Assembly: GCA_036231405.1 (NCBI GenBank)
Contig: JAZAHK010000046.1
Span: forward strand, 128,001-192,000
DNA: 64,000 bases
Origin: Nitrospinota bacterium
Lineage (GTDB): Bacteria > UBA8248
Reading direction: 5' to 3'
The notes beneath the pieces are model-generated. The model was not told the DNA's origin. It worked only from the letters and a program-made list of their open reading frames with translations, and did not search any database. Both the position numbers and the translations under genes were made by a program. Positions 49,290 through 59,011 of this stretch are shown here, in pieces (positions within the stretch are counted from its first letter, which is position 1; every line of letters begins with the position of its first letter).

Positions 49290-50264
49290 TTGACTTCAAA
49301 TCCTATTCAATCCGTTTTGATTGTTGGACCAGGTGCTGTAGGTTCCATGCTAGCTGCAAATTCATGTATGGGTTTGAGTGGTGGTTTGTATCCAATGAAA
49401 ATTAGATTGGCTGGAAGTGAGAATCTTTCGATATTCAGCCGACTTCATCTTGAAAAAATCAATTCAGTTGGATTGTTTCTGAAATCTAATATCAAGAAAA
49501 GCTCGATTGCAAAACCTAATGTTGAGTTTTCTCCATCTTCAGAGAAAGCAGATCTCGTAATCTTTGCAGTAAAAGTTTTTGATTTGGTTGAGGCAAGCAA
49601 GATGTTCCTTCCTTCTATATCTTCATCTACGATTGTTCTTGTTGTTTCAAATGGTCTTGGTGTTTCTGAAAAATTGGATGAAAACATCGACAGAAATAAT
49701 TGTTTTCGAGGTTTAATTGAGACGGGTTGTGAATTAGTTGGCAGTGGAGAGATTGTTCAGCACGGTGAATCAAGACTTGAACTTAGCCCAAATGATGCTG
49801 GACAAAGTTGTTGTATCCAAAATGCTTTTGAGAAAATTGAATTTTTTTTTCAAAATTCAGGTTTTAAAGTTTCTACTTGTGATAATTCTCGTCTGTCAGA
49901 GTGGAAAAAATTTATTGTTAATAGTTCGATTAATCCACTTGCCACACTTTTTGAATGCAAAAATGGCGATCTTTTACGAGAACCAATCATTTATATTCTT
50001 TCTGAACTTTGCTCAGAGATCCAACAATTGGTTGATAGCGAAAAACTGTCTATAGATGTTAGGGCAAAGGTTTTAAAAATAGCAAGAAATACTTATGAGA
50101 ATCAAAATTCTATGCTTAAATCCTTTTTGAAAAGACGAAAAAGCGAATTGCAAGAATTTACAGGAGAAATTTTGCGTCTAGCTGTCAGTAATGAACTCCA
50201 TTTGCCATTAAATAAATTTTTATTTAATGCGTTAAGAATCATTGAAGATAGAAATAAAATGTAG
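49290..50264 (+). CDS. panE: Ketopantoate reductase
   Basis: GPGAVG, AVK, NGLG, WKKFIVNSSINPL, NSM; adjacent to panB. Confidence 0.88.
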   Translation: MTSNPIQSVLIVGPGAVGSMLAANSCMGLSGGLYPMKIRLAGSENLSIFSRLHLEKINSVGLFLKSNIKKSSIAKPNVEFSPSSEKADLVIFAVKVFDLVEASKMFLPSISSSTIVLVVSNGLGVSEKLDENIDRNNCFRGLIETGCELVGSGEIVQHGESRLELSPNDAGQSCCIQNAFEKIEFFFQNSGFKVSTCDNSRLSEWKKFIVNSSINPLATLFECKNGDLLREPIIYILSELCSEIQQLVDSEKLSIDVRAKVLKIARNTYENQNSMLKSFLKRRKSELQEFTGEILRLAVSNELHLPLNKFLFNALRIIEDRNKM

Positions 50265-50336
50265 TAAGGTCAGTTTCGTTTGTTATGTTCTAAACCTTTT
50301 GTTTAGGCGTTTACCTTTATTTAGGAGGAAACGACC

Positions 50337-51191
50337 GTGAAAAGTAGTTTTCTTAAGAAAGACGTTTTTTCCGATCAGTTAGATGAAGCTTCTTCTAGGA
50401 AAAAAATTACCACATCAAAAATTCGAAAGATGAAGTCACGCAGTAAGATTGTCTCTGCCACTGCTTATGATCATTATACCGCAAAAATTGTTGATGATGC
50501 GGGAGTTGATGTAATCTTGGTTGGAGATAGTCTAGGAATGGTAGCATTAGGATATCCAAATACGACACACGTAACATTAAGTGATATGTTGCACCATACA
50601 AAGGCTGTTTCTAGATCTAACCCAAAAGCCCTTTTAGTCTCTGATTTACCATTTCTGACTTACGGCATCGATTTAAAGGATACTTTGAAAAATGCAGGAA
50701 TTTTAATTCAGGAAGGAGCTGCTGAAGCAGTTAAATTAGAAGGTGGAGTGCGTGTTTTTGAACATGTTAAAGGTCTTGTAGAAAGAGAGATGCCCGTCAT
50801 GGGACATATAGGGCTTACTCCACAAAGTATACATACCTTTGGGGGGTATAAAGTACAAGGCAAAACTAAAATTGTTGCTAATAAAATTCGAGAAGACGCA
50901 CTTTCATTACAAGATGCAGGAGTTTTCTCGATCGTTATAGAAGGCGTTCCATCTGAATTAGGAGCACAAATAACTGAAGAACTAGAAGTTCCTACTATTG
51001 GAATAGGGGCTGGCCCATTTTGTGATGGTCAGGTATTAGTTACACAAGATATGCTAGGTTTGTTTAGTGATTTTACGCCAAAATTTGTCAAAATATATTC
51101 AGATCTTGGAACCTATGCGCGAAATGCGATTGAGACATACTGTAATGAAGTCCGTTCTGGTGACTTTCCAACTGAAGATCATAGTTTTTAG
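50337..51191 (+). CDS. panB: 3-methyl-2-oxobutanoate hydroxymethyltransferase
   Basis: TAYD, LVGDSLGM, KLEGG, GHIGLTPQ, GIGAG, DGQVLV. Confidence 0.98.
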   Translation: MKSSFLKKDVFSDQLDEASSRKKITTSKIRKMKSRSKIVSATAYDHYTAKIVDDAGVDVILVGDSLGMVALGYPNTTHVTLSDMLHHTKAVSRSNPKALLVSDLPFLTYGIDLKDTLKNAGILIQEGAAEAVKLEGGVRVFEHVKGLVEREMPVMGHIGLTPQSIHTFGGYKVQGKTKIVANKIREDALSLQDAGVFSIVIEGVPSELGAQITEELEVPTIGIGAGPFCDGQVLVTQDMLGLFSDFTPKFVKIYSDLGTYARNAIETYCNEVRSGDFPTEDHSF

Positions 51192-51336
51192 TCCTTTTTA
51201 AAAGTCTTTTTTTTTTACAATACTTTTCTTATGAAGATCTACGTCAAAAATAGAGTAGTTTTATAGTTTTCTCCATAATATCCCACAATGTTAAATTATT
51301 GAAATAAAATGTCTTATATCTGTTAATTTTTATATG

Positions 51337-51365
51337 TTGACATATTTGAATTATATAGGTATAAA
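51337..51365 (+). promoter_or_regulatory. Sigma70 promoter of the dcw cluster
   Basis: TTGACA-N17-TATAAA upstream of mraZ. Confidence 0.75.
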
Positions 51366-51377
51366 ATAATTAAATTA

Positions 51378-51402
51378 GTGGGGTAAAGTGGGTAATCGTG
51401 GG
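51378..51402 (+). promoter_or_regulatory. MraZ operator: three GTGGG direct repeats at 10-bp spacing
   Basis: GTGGG at 51378, 51388 and 51398, between the promoter and the mraZ start; matches the established MraZ-binding repeat pattern. Confidence 0.88.
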
Positions 51403-51407
51403 GGGAA

Positions 51408-51854
51408 ATGATGCTCATAAGTTCACATACTGTTTCTGTAGATGACAAAGGTCGAGTTAGTGTGCCTGCCCGATTTAGGGAGTACCTTTACTCCAAATTC
51501 GGAGAACAATTAGTGCTACTGGATATGGATGGTTGTATTTTTGCTTATCCCCTACAAGAGTGGAAAAGAAGGTTCAGCGATAAATTCGGTCAATTACCTA
51601 CATATCGAGATGAAGTAAGAAAATACGTAAGAAGTATGTATGGAAGAGCGACAGAATGTGTCCTTGATAGACAAGGACGAATTTTATTGCCATCACGTCT
51701 CCGTGAGTCTGCACAAATTCAAAAAGATGCCGTAATCATTGGTTTAGAAAATAAGTTTGAAATTTGGAGTAGTGAGAACTGGAAAAAACAGATATCAGAA
51801 ACTCCTGATGTATTTGAAGAAGAAAAAGATACCTTTATAGAGCTTGAATTTTAA
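51408..51854 (+). CDS. mraZ: Transcriptional regulator MraZ
   Basis: DDKGRVSVP, DRQGRILLP, EIWS. Confidence 0.97.
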   Translation: MMLISSHTVSVDDKGRVSVPARFREYLYSKFGEQLVLLDMDGCIFAYPLQEWKRRFSDKFGQLPTYRDEVRKYVRSMYGRATECVLDRQGRILLPSRLRESAQIQKDAVIIGLENKFEIWSSENWKKQISETPDVFEEEKDTFIELEF

Positions 51855-51863
51855 TGTTTTTTT

Positions 51864-52838
51864 TTGAGAATACTGATGAGATCAACGCATAAAGAAAATA
51901 AATCTCAAAAAAAAACATGTAGTTTTGACTTAGTAGCATCTCATATCCCGGTTATGGTTCAAGAAGTTTTGAATTTCTTGTCTCCTGTCTCCGGTGCTGT
52001 GTTCTTAGATACTACCTTGGGCGGAGGGGGACACAGTCAACTGATTCTAGATGCGATCCAGCCATCGGGTGTGCTGGTCGGCTGTGATCGGGATGAAGAT
52101 GCTATTAGAATTTGTAGAGGAAGATTTAAAGGATACGGAAGTTCTGTTCGGATACACCATTCAAATTTTACCAATATTAAGAAAATTCTCAGATGCGAAA
52201 ATATTGAGTATGTAGATGGGGTTGTTTTTGATTTAGGTTATTCTTCCATTCAGATGGATAATCCTAGTAGAGGATTTAGTATCAGATCTGAAAATTCTCT
52301 GGATATGAGAATGGACTCAAATGGGGAATTAAAAGCGTCTGATTTGGTTAATAAACTATCAGAAAATGAAATAGCAGATATTATTTTCCATTATGGGGAA
52401 GAAAGAAAATCACGACGTATAGCAAGAGAAATAGTGAGATATCGTTCCAAGAAAGAAATAATTAGTTGTGATGAACTATCCAATATCGTTTTAAGAGCTA
52501 TAAAAAGAAATTCAAAGTCACATTATAAAATACATCCAGCTACAAAAACTTTCCAAGCGCTTCGAATCGTAGTTAACGATGAATTAGAATCCCTTAAAAC
52601 TGCTCTTTTCGATGCTGTTGATGTCCTTCGCCCTGGGGGACGAATTGTAGTAATAAGTTTTCACTCACTTGAGGATAGAATTGTAAAGAATTTCTTTCGT
52701 TCTTCCTCAAAAACTGAAGAACCATTACTAAAGATTCTTACTAAAAAAGTTATTCGTCCTAAACTTGAAGAAATTCAAGTTAATTCTCGATCTCGTAGTT
52801 CGCGTCTTAGAGCATCAGAGCGTTTAGATGGAATGTAA
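51864..52838 (+). CDS. rsmH: 16S rRNA m4C1402 methyltransferase
   Basis: HIPVM, DTTLGGGGHS, DLGYSS, FQALRI, SFHSLEDR. Confidence 0.97.
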   Translation: MRILMRSTHKENKSQKKTCSFDLVASHIPVMVQEVLNFLSPVSGAVFLDTTLGGGGHSQLILDAIQPSGVLVGCDRDEDAIRICRGRFKGYGSSVRIHHSNFTNIKKILRCENIEYVDGVVFDLGYSSIQMDNPSRGFSIRSENSLDMRMDSNGELKASDLVNKLSENEIADIIFHYGEERKSRRIAREIVRYRSKKEIISCDELSNIVLRAIKRNSKSHYKIHPATKTFQALRIVVNDELESLKTALFDAVDVLRPGGRIVVISFHSLEDRIVKNFFRSSSKTEEPLLKILTKKVIRPKLEEIQVNSRSRSSRLRASERLDGM

Positions 52839-52886
52839 AATTAATTCAGATTTAGTTTTGAATTTTATTGTATCTGTGAGTTTCAG

Positions 52887-53171
52887 GTGAGAGAAAAGAT
52901 AAATTTTGGATTAGTCACAATATGTATTTTTACTCTGTCAATGGGGGTAACTACTCTTCTTTGGTCTCATTTGGAAACCGTTAAGGTAGGCTATAGGATT
53001 TCTCGACTTGAAAAAAGAAAGAGTTATTTGGATGAAGAACGTAAAGCCCTTGAAGTGGAGAAGTTGAGTTTAAGTGACCTCAGTCGTATAGAAAAGATTT
53101 CTCGAGAAAAATTGACAATGATTTTTCCTAAAAATGAACAGATATTATTTGTCATCGTAACTAAGCAATGA
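52887..53171 (+). CDS. ftsL: Cell division protein FtsL
   Basis: Single TM segment plus coiled coil, RIEKISREKLTM; lies between rsmH and ftsI. Confidence 0.85.
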   Translation: MREKINFGLVTICIFTLSMGVTTLLWSHLETVKVGYRISRLEKRKSYLDEERKALEVEKLSLSDLSRIEKISREKLTMIFPKNEQILFVIVTKQ

Positions 53172-54976
53172 ACGAAATCTCTGCTGCCCATTCAGGAAAG
53201 ACCCCTGTGCGTACTATCCTTGAAAGAAGATTGATTGTTTGCATATTTATAGTTTCTATTGGTTTCGTAGCGGTTGGAACTAAACTCTTGAAAATACAAT
53301 TTGTTGATCGTAAAACTTTAGAATCAGTAGGGAAAAAACAGTTACATAAGACAATTACTATAAAAACTAGTAGAGGGAAAATTCAAGACAGCGGTAGGGA
53401 TATTTTAGCGATAAGTTTAAAATCTCCTTCTCTTTACGCAGACACTTCGAAAATTCAAAATATTTCTTTTGCTTCCACGAGCGTATCCCGAATTTTAAAA
53501 ATATCAGAATTAAAATTAAATGAAAGATTATCGAGAGCAAACAGATATGTTTTGCTTGGAAGAAAATTGAATCCTGAACAAAAAGAAAAGATAGAGAAAT
53601 TGGATATAGATGGTCTAAATTTCGAAATGGAGAGCAAAAGATTCTATCCAAGGAGAGAACTTGCCTCGTCACTGTTAGGTTTCGTGGGTGTAGATAATGT
53701 TGGCCTTTATGGACTTGAACAGTCTCTGAATAGATACTTGGAGGGTTTAACTCGTAAAATTTTAATTCATAGGGACGCTAAAAGAAGAAGGATTAACTCT
53801 AATCCTTCTAGAATTAACTTCCCCTTTTTCTCTTCAGATAAAAATATTATTTCTAAACAGACGAGACGTGGATTTGATGTAACTTTAACGATTGATGCAA
53901 ATATTCAATATTTTCTTGAAGAAGAATTATCAAGACAGTTTAAAAGAGCTAAATCAAAAAAGGCAATAGGGATTATGATCGAGGTAAAGACTGGTCATAT
54001 AATTGGACTGGCTTCGATACCAAGATTTAATCCTAATATGTATAGTCGCTCAAACTCAGAAAGTTGGCGTGAATCGGCAATTCAGGATATTTATGAACCA
54101 GGTTCAACTTTCAAATTGATTACTGCTGCTGCATATCTCGAACAAGGCGGCAAAAAAAAAGAAATATTCGATGCAGAGGGCGGAAAATTTATAGTTCAAA
54201 ACACCTCTAAAATACTTCGAGATCATAAAAAATTTGGAAAAATTTCTATGGAAGATGTAATAGTTAACTCTTCAAATATTGGAACTTATAAAATTGCAAA
54301 AAAAGTTGGTCCGAAATTATTATATCAAACAGCTAGGCGTTTTGGTTTTGGTAGTCGAACTGGTTTGAATTTTCCTGGTGAGGCTTTTGGGATCTTAAGA
54401 AACCCATCAAAATGGTCAAAACTCTCTTTAGCTTCTATATCTATAGGTCAGGAAATTGGTGTTACTCCTTTACAGATGTTAATGCCAGTTGCGGCTTTAG
54501 CAAATGAAGGGATTATGTGCAAGCCAAGAATTGTCAGCCATATTGAAAAATTTAAAATACACTTTAAAAAGAATGATTCGTGTGAAGGAAAAAGAGTCAT
54601 ATCAAGAAAAACTGCAAAAGTTCTAACTGCTATTATGGGAGAAGTTGTCTCTAGAGGTACGGGGAAGAATGCTCAATTAAAGGGGTATAAAGTTGGTGGT
54701 AAGACCGGAACTGCTCAGAAGAAGAAGTCAGGTGAAAAAAAATACAGCGATTTGGATTATGTAATGTCTTTTGTTGGTTTTGCTCCTCTCAATAATCCAA
54801 AAATAGCTCTGATAATAATTTTTGATGAAGGAACTCTTAAAGGAGGATCTTGGGGCAGTACAGTAGCCGCACCTGTTTGGAAAAGAATAGTTGTCAGAAC
54901 GTTAAGATACCTCCGTATTCCACCTGATGAAGCAAACGTTAAATTTATAAATTTGAATCTAAAAAGAACGTTTTAA
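53168..54976 (+). CDS. ftsI: Class B penicillin-binding protein FtsI
   Basis: RGKI, RFYP, GLE, EPGSTFK (SxxK), SSN, KTG. Confidence 0.95.
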   Translation: MNEISAAHSGKTPVRTILERRLIVCIFIVSIGFVAVGTKLLKIQFVDRKTLESVGKKQLHKTITIKTSRGKIQDSGRDILAISLKSPSLYADTSKIQNISFASTSVSRILKISELKLNERLSRANRYVLLGRKLNPEQKEKIEKLDIDGLNFEMESKRFYPRRELASSLLGFVGVDNVGLYGLEQSLNRYLEGLTRKILIHRDAKRRRINSNPSRINFPFFSSDKNIISKQTRRGFDVTLTIDANIQYFLEEELSRQFKRAKSKKAIGIMIEVKTGHIIGLASIPRFNPNMYSRSNSESWRESAIQDIYEPGSTFKLITAAAYLEQGGKKKEIFDAEGGKFIVQNTSKILRDHKKFGKISMEDVIVNSSNIGTYKIAKKVGPKLLYQTARRFGFGSRTGLNFPGEAFGILRNPSKWSKLSLASISIGQEIGVTPLQMLMPVAALANEGIMCKPRIVSHIEKFKIHFKKNDSCEGKRVISRKTAKVLTAIMGEVVSRGTGKNAQLKGYKVGGKTGTAQKKKSGEKKYSDLDYVMSFVGFAPLNNPKIALIIIFDEGTLKGGSWGSTVAAPVWKRIVVRTLRYLRIPPDEANVKFINLNLKRTF

Positions 54977-54992
54977 AAATTTTTTCTTTCCT

Positions 54993-56501
54993 TTGATGAG
55001 ATTAATTATGGAAAAAGAAGAAAATTATATAACTCTAATGGATCTATCTGACGAACTCACTTTCAAAGATTTTACTGGAGTAAAAAATACAAAGGTTTCG
55101 GGGATTTCTTATGATTCCAGAAATATAAAGTCTGGGAATATTTTTGTTGCGATTAAGGGGTTCAAGAAGGATGGGCATAGATATGTTGAAAAAGCGATTA
55201 AATCTGGGGCTTCAACGATAATATTAGAAAGCCCTATCCCCGGACTTGGCGGCTTTGATGCTTGTTTCGTAGTCGATTCTGGTCGGAGAGCATTGGCGGA
55301 ACTAAGTTCGAGTTTTTTCAATCATCCTTCCGAGAAATTTAATTTGTTTGGTGTGACTGGCACGAATGGGAAAACAACTACAGTTTTCTTGTTAGATTGG
55401 ATTTTAAATAGTATTGGCAGAAATTCAGGGATGTTAGGAACGATTTATTGCCGCGTCGGAGATGAAATAATTTCTAATGATAGGACCACTCCGGAGTCCT
55501 CTGATTTACAAAATCTTTTCTTTTTAATGGCAGAAAAAAAAGTCAGTGATGTATGTATGGAGGTTTCTAGTCACAGTCTGGAACTAGACAGAGTGTATGG
55601 TTGTAATTTTAATGTTGCACTTTTTACAAACTTGTCACAGGACCATCTCGATTTTCACGGTGATATGAGTTCATATTTTGCGAGTAAAATGAAACTTTTT
55701 GATGAATATAATCCTGATAAGATAGTCGTGAACATTGACGATAAATACGGAAGGAAGATTTATGAACAATCTAAACTTCAGAAATGGTCATATGGACTGT
55801 CTGAAAAAGCAGATGTCCGAGCTGAAGATATTTGCAATACGAAAAACGGTTTGTCCTTCAATTTAAAATATCCTAATGGGTCATCAAAAATTCAGTGTTC
55901 TTTGATAGGAGCACATAATCTTATGAACATTCTTGCAGCTTCCGCAGCTTCTCTTTCGACTGGGATTTCTGCAGAAGAAATAGCTGTCTCTATGCAAAAA
56001 TTCAAGTCGGTTCCTGGACGGTTTGAGAAAATCGATATGGGGCAGCCATTTTTGGTAGTTGTAGATTATGCCCATACACAAGATGCTTTATCGAGGATTA
56101 TTAAATTTTCTCGTCCCATAACTCAAGGACGTATATTGACTTTAATGGGTTGCGGGGGGGATAGAGATCGAACAAAAAGACCACTTATGTGTGCTGAAGC
56201 ACTGAGAGGAAGCGATGTCGTCGTACTAACGACTGACAATCCACGGAATGAAGTTCCAGAAGAGATTATTCGTGAAGTTAGTAGAGGGAAGGGGTTAGTT
56301 CCCGGATCTGATGACCGTTGTTTCGAAATTGTTGATAGAAAGGAAGCGATTCAATTTATTATTTCGAATGCAAAAGAAGGTGACACAGTTTTGATTACAG
56401 GGAAAGGTCACGAAACATATCAGATGATTGAGGAAAAGAGGTTTCCGTTTGATGATCGTGATGAAGCACGTTTTGTACTGGAATCGTTGGGTTATAAATG
56501 A
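54993..56501 (+). CDS. murE: UDP-MurNAc-tripeptide synthetase (meso-DAP type)
   Basis: GTNGKTT, MEVSSH, DYAHT, DNPR specificity motif. The start may be a downstream ATG. Confidence 0.97.
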   Translation: MMRLIMEKEENYITLMDLSDELTFKDFTGVKNTKVSGISYDSRNIKSGNIFVAIKGFKKDGHRYVEKAIKSGASTIILESPIPGLGGFDACFVVDSGRRALAELSSSFFNHPSEKFNLFGVTGTNGKTTTVFLLDWILNSIGRNSGMLGTIYCRVGDEIISNDRTTPESSDLQNLFFLMAEKKVSDVCMEVSSHSLELDRVYGCNFNVALFTNLSQDHLDFHGDMSSYFASKMKLFDEYNPDKIVVNIDDKYGRKIYEQSKLQKWSYGLSEKADVRAEDICNTKNGLSFNLKYPNGSSKIQCSLIGAHNLMNILAASAASLSTGISAEEIAVSMQKFKSVPGRFEKIDMGQPFLVVVDYAHTQDALSRIIKFSRPITQGRILTLMGCGGDRDRTKRPLMCAEALRGSDVVVLTTDNPRNEVPEEIIREVSRGKGLVPGSDDRCFEIVDRKEAIQFIISNAKEGDTVLITGKGHETYQMIEEKRFPFDDRDEARFVLESLGYK

Positions 56502-57922
56502 ATTCGAATTTAAAAGGTCAAATTTTTACGGTCAAAGAAGTTATTTCTGCAGTTGATGGCAATATTTTAATGGGAGACAGCTCAATTAAAATATATGGAG
56601 TAAGTACTGATACAAGAAAGATTAATTCAGGAGATCTCTTTATAGCTCTAAAGGGGGAAAACTTTGATGGAAATTCTTTCTTAGAGGAAGCTGATCGTAA
56701 GGGTGCTAGTGCCTTGGTTACAAGTTTGGATTCTCCATTGTCGAGAGAATTTAATGGTGCTGTGATTCAAGTAAGAGACTGTTTAAAAGCTTATGGAGAC
56801 CTCGCCAGATTTTATCGCCTTAGGTTTGAACTTCCTGTAGTTTGCATCACTGGAAGTAATGGGAAGACTTCCACTAAGGAGATGCTTTTTTCAATTTTGA
56901 ATCAGAAAAACAAAGTTTTGAAAACTGAGGGAAATTTAAATAATTTAATTGGTTTGCCTATGCAACTTCTTAATTTAAAGAGTGAGCACGAGAAAGCAGT
57001 TTTTGAAATTGGTATGAATAGACCTGGAGAAATTGGTCGCCTGTCTGAAATTGCAGTTCCACACTTGGGAGTAATAACAAATATCGCCCGAGCTCATCTA
57101 GAGAGATTACATACAGTAGCGTCTGTTCGTGATGCCAAAGGAGAAATGATAGACAGGATTTCCGAAGATGGCTTCATGATTTTCTATGGTGATGATGCTC
57201 ATAGTACTTTCTATACGGAAAAATCAAAGAATCGAGGCTTGCAAGTTCTTACATTTGGTTCCTCTAAGAGAAATAATATTTTTTTTAAAGATGTTGTTTT
57301 TCCATATAAAAATGGCACGAAATTTAATATTTTTATGAATGGAGAAAAAAAGAGCGTATGGACTCCTCAGTTTGGATACCATAATGTCCTCAATGCAGTT
57401 GCTGCAGCCACTGCTGCTAGTTGTTTGGGATCATCGCTAGAAGAAATTATTGAAGGTCTAAGAAAAGCCGAAAGTTTGCCAATGAGGATGACAGTAAAAG
57501 CTATCCCTAATGCTAAAGGCTCATTTTTGATAGATGATTCATATAATGCAAATCCAGATTCTATGCTTTCCTCATTTAAGACAGCTATGATTTTGAAAGG
57601 ACAGGCAAAATTATTTGTTGTCTTCGGCGACATGAGTGAATTAGGAGAAAGCGAATTTGAATTGCACTCAAGCTTAATTCGAGATTTACAGAGAATTAGC
57701 ATTGATAGTCAATGTGTTTTTATCTTTGTTGGTATAATCATGTCTGCAGCAGTAGAAGAAATTAAGAGTTATTCTAACTTGGAGGATAACGTACAGAGTT
57801 TTGAATTCTTTGAAGAAGCACTTTCATGGTTTTATGAGAATTTCAGTAATGGCGATTGGGTTCTAGTAAAAGGTTCGCGACTAAGTCGTATGGAACGTTT
57901 CTCAGAGGAGATATTGAATTAA
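56498..57922 (+). CDS. murF: UDP-MurNAc-tripeptide--D-Ala-D-Ala ligase
   Basis: TGSNGKTSTK, DDSYNANP, GDMSELG, KGSR. Confidence 0.97.
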   Translation: MNSNLKGQIFTVKEVISAVDGNILMGDSSIKIYGVSTDTRKINSGDLFIALKGENFDGNSFLEEADRKGASALVTSLDSPLSREFNGAVIQVRDCLKAYGDLARFYRLRFELPVVCITGSNGKTSTKEMLFSILNQKNKVLKTEGNLNNLIGLPMQLLNLKSEHEKAVFEIGMNRPGEIGRLSEIAVPHLGVITNIARAHLERLHTVASVRDAKGEMIDRISEDGFMIFYGDDAHSTFYTEKSKNRGLQVLTFGSSKRNNIFFKDVVFPYKNGTKFNIFMNGEKKSVWTPQFGYHNVLNAVAAATAASCLGSSLEEIIEGLRKAESLPMRMTVKAIPNAKGSFLIDDSYNANPDSMLSSFKTAMILKGQAKLFVVFGDMSELGESEFELHSSLIRDLQRISIDSQCVFIFVGIIMSAAVEEIKSYSNLEDNVQSFEFFEEALSWFYENFSNGDWVLVKGSRLSRMERFSEEILN

Positions 57923-59007
57923 TGTTATATAAGTCTTTTTTACTAGCAAGTAATGATTATGCATTTTTAAATGTTTTTAAATACATAACCTTTAGAACAG
58001 GTCTTGCAGTTTTTTTAGGTTTTTTAATTTCTTTCCTTCTCACTCCTCCATTTATCCGTTTTTTACAAAGAAGACAAATTGGGGAGGAAATTAGACAGGA
58101 TGGACCTCAGTCACATAAGTCTAAAAGTGGGACTCCGACTATGGGAGGATTCATTATTCTAGTTTCAATTCTGCTTTCAACTTTACTACTGAACGATTTG
58201 TCTAATAGGTATGTCCTTCTTTCCATTTTTGTTCTGTTGACTTTCGGTTTTTTGGGATTGTTTGATGACTATAAAAAAGTAATTAAGAAAGATTCGAATG
58301 GCCTGACTGCTGGGAAAAAATTTTCCTGCCAATTTTTAATTGGCCTTATTGTAGGATTAATGCTTTATAACGGATTTGTTTCTATCGATTTTAAAACAGT
58401 CGTTATGTTCCCGTTTTTCAAAGGCTTCCTGCCTCAACTCGGGCTATTCTTTATTCCATATGCAGCCATTGTCATCGTTGCTACTAGTAATGCCGTTAAT
58501 CTTACTGATGGTCTTGACGGTTTAGCAATAGGACCTTTGTTGATAGCCGCAGTTGCTTATCTTATTTTTAGTTATGTAGCGGGACATGCAGAAATTTCTA
58601 AATATTTACTCGTTCAACATGTTAGAGGTGCGGGTGAGTTAACTATCCTATGTGGCACGATTTTTGGTGCAGGACTGGGATTTCTTTGGTTTAATGCTCA
58701 TCCTGCCCAAATTTTTATGGGGGACGTGGGCTCTCTTTCTCTAGGCTCAATTCTAGGAGTCATAGCTCTTTGTATTAAGCAAGAAATTTTGCTTTTTTTT
58801 GTTTGTGGACTTTTTGTTATAGAAGTTTTATCTGTTTTAATCCAAGTTGTTTCATTTAAGCTTACAGGAAAGCGTGTATTCAAAATGGCACCTCTTCACC
58901 ATCATTTTGAAGAACTGAATTGGCCTGAATCCAGGATCACAGTTCGTTTCTGGATTATTGCGTTTATTTTAGCTCTTCTAAGTCTTGTTACTCTTAAGTT
59001 GAGATAG
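57922..59007 (+). CDS. mraY: Phospho-N-acetylmuramoyl-pentapeptide transferase
   Basis: GTPTMGG, NLTDGLDGL, FMGDVGS, MAPLHHHFE. The ATG overlaps the murF stop. Confidence 0.98.
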   Translation: MLYKSFLLASNDYAFLNVFKYITFRTGLAVFLGFLISFLLTPPFIRFLQRRQIGEEIRQDGPQSHKSKSGTPTMGGFIILVSILLSTLLLNDLSNRYVLLSIFVLLTFGFLGLFDDYKKVIKKDSNGLTAGKKFSCQFLIGLIVGLMLYNGFVSIDFKTVVMFPFFKGFLPQLGLFFIPYAAIVIVATSNAVNLTDGLDGLAIGPLLIAAVAYLIFSYVAGHAEISKYLLVQHVRGAGELTILCGTIFGAGLGFLWFNAHPAQIFMGDVGSLSLGSILGVIALCIKQEILLFFVCGLFVIEVLSVLIQVVSFKLTGKRVFKMAPLHHHFEELNWPESRITVRFWIIAFILALLSLVTLKLR

Positions 59008-59011
59008 GACT

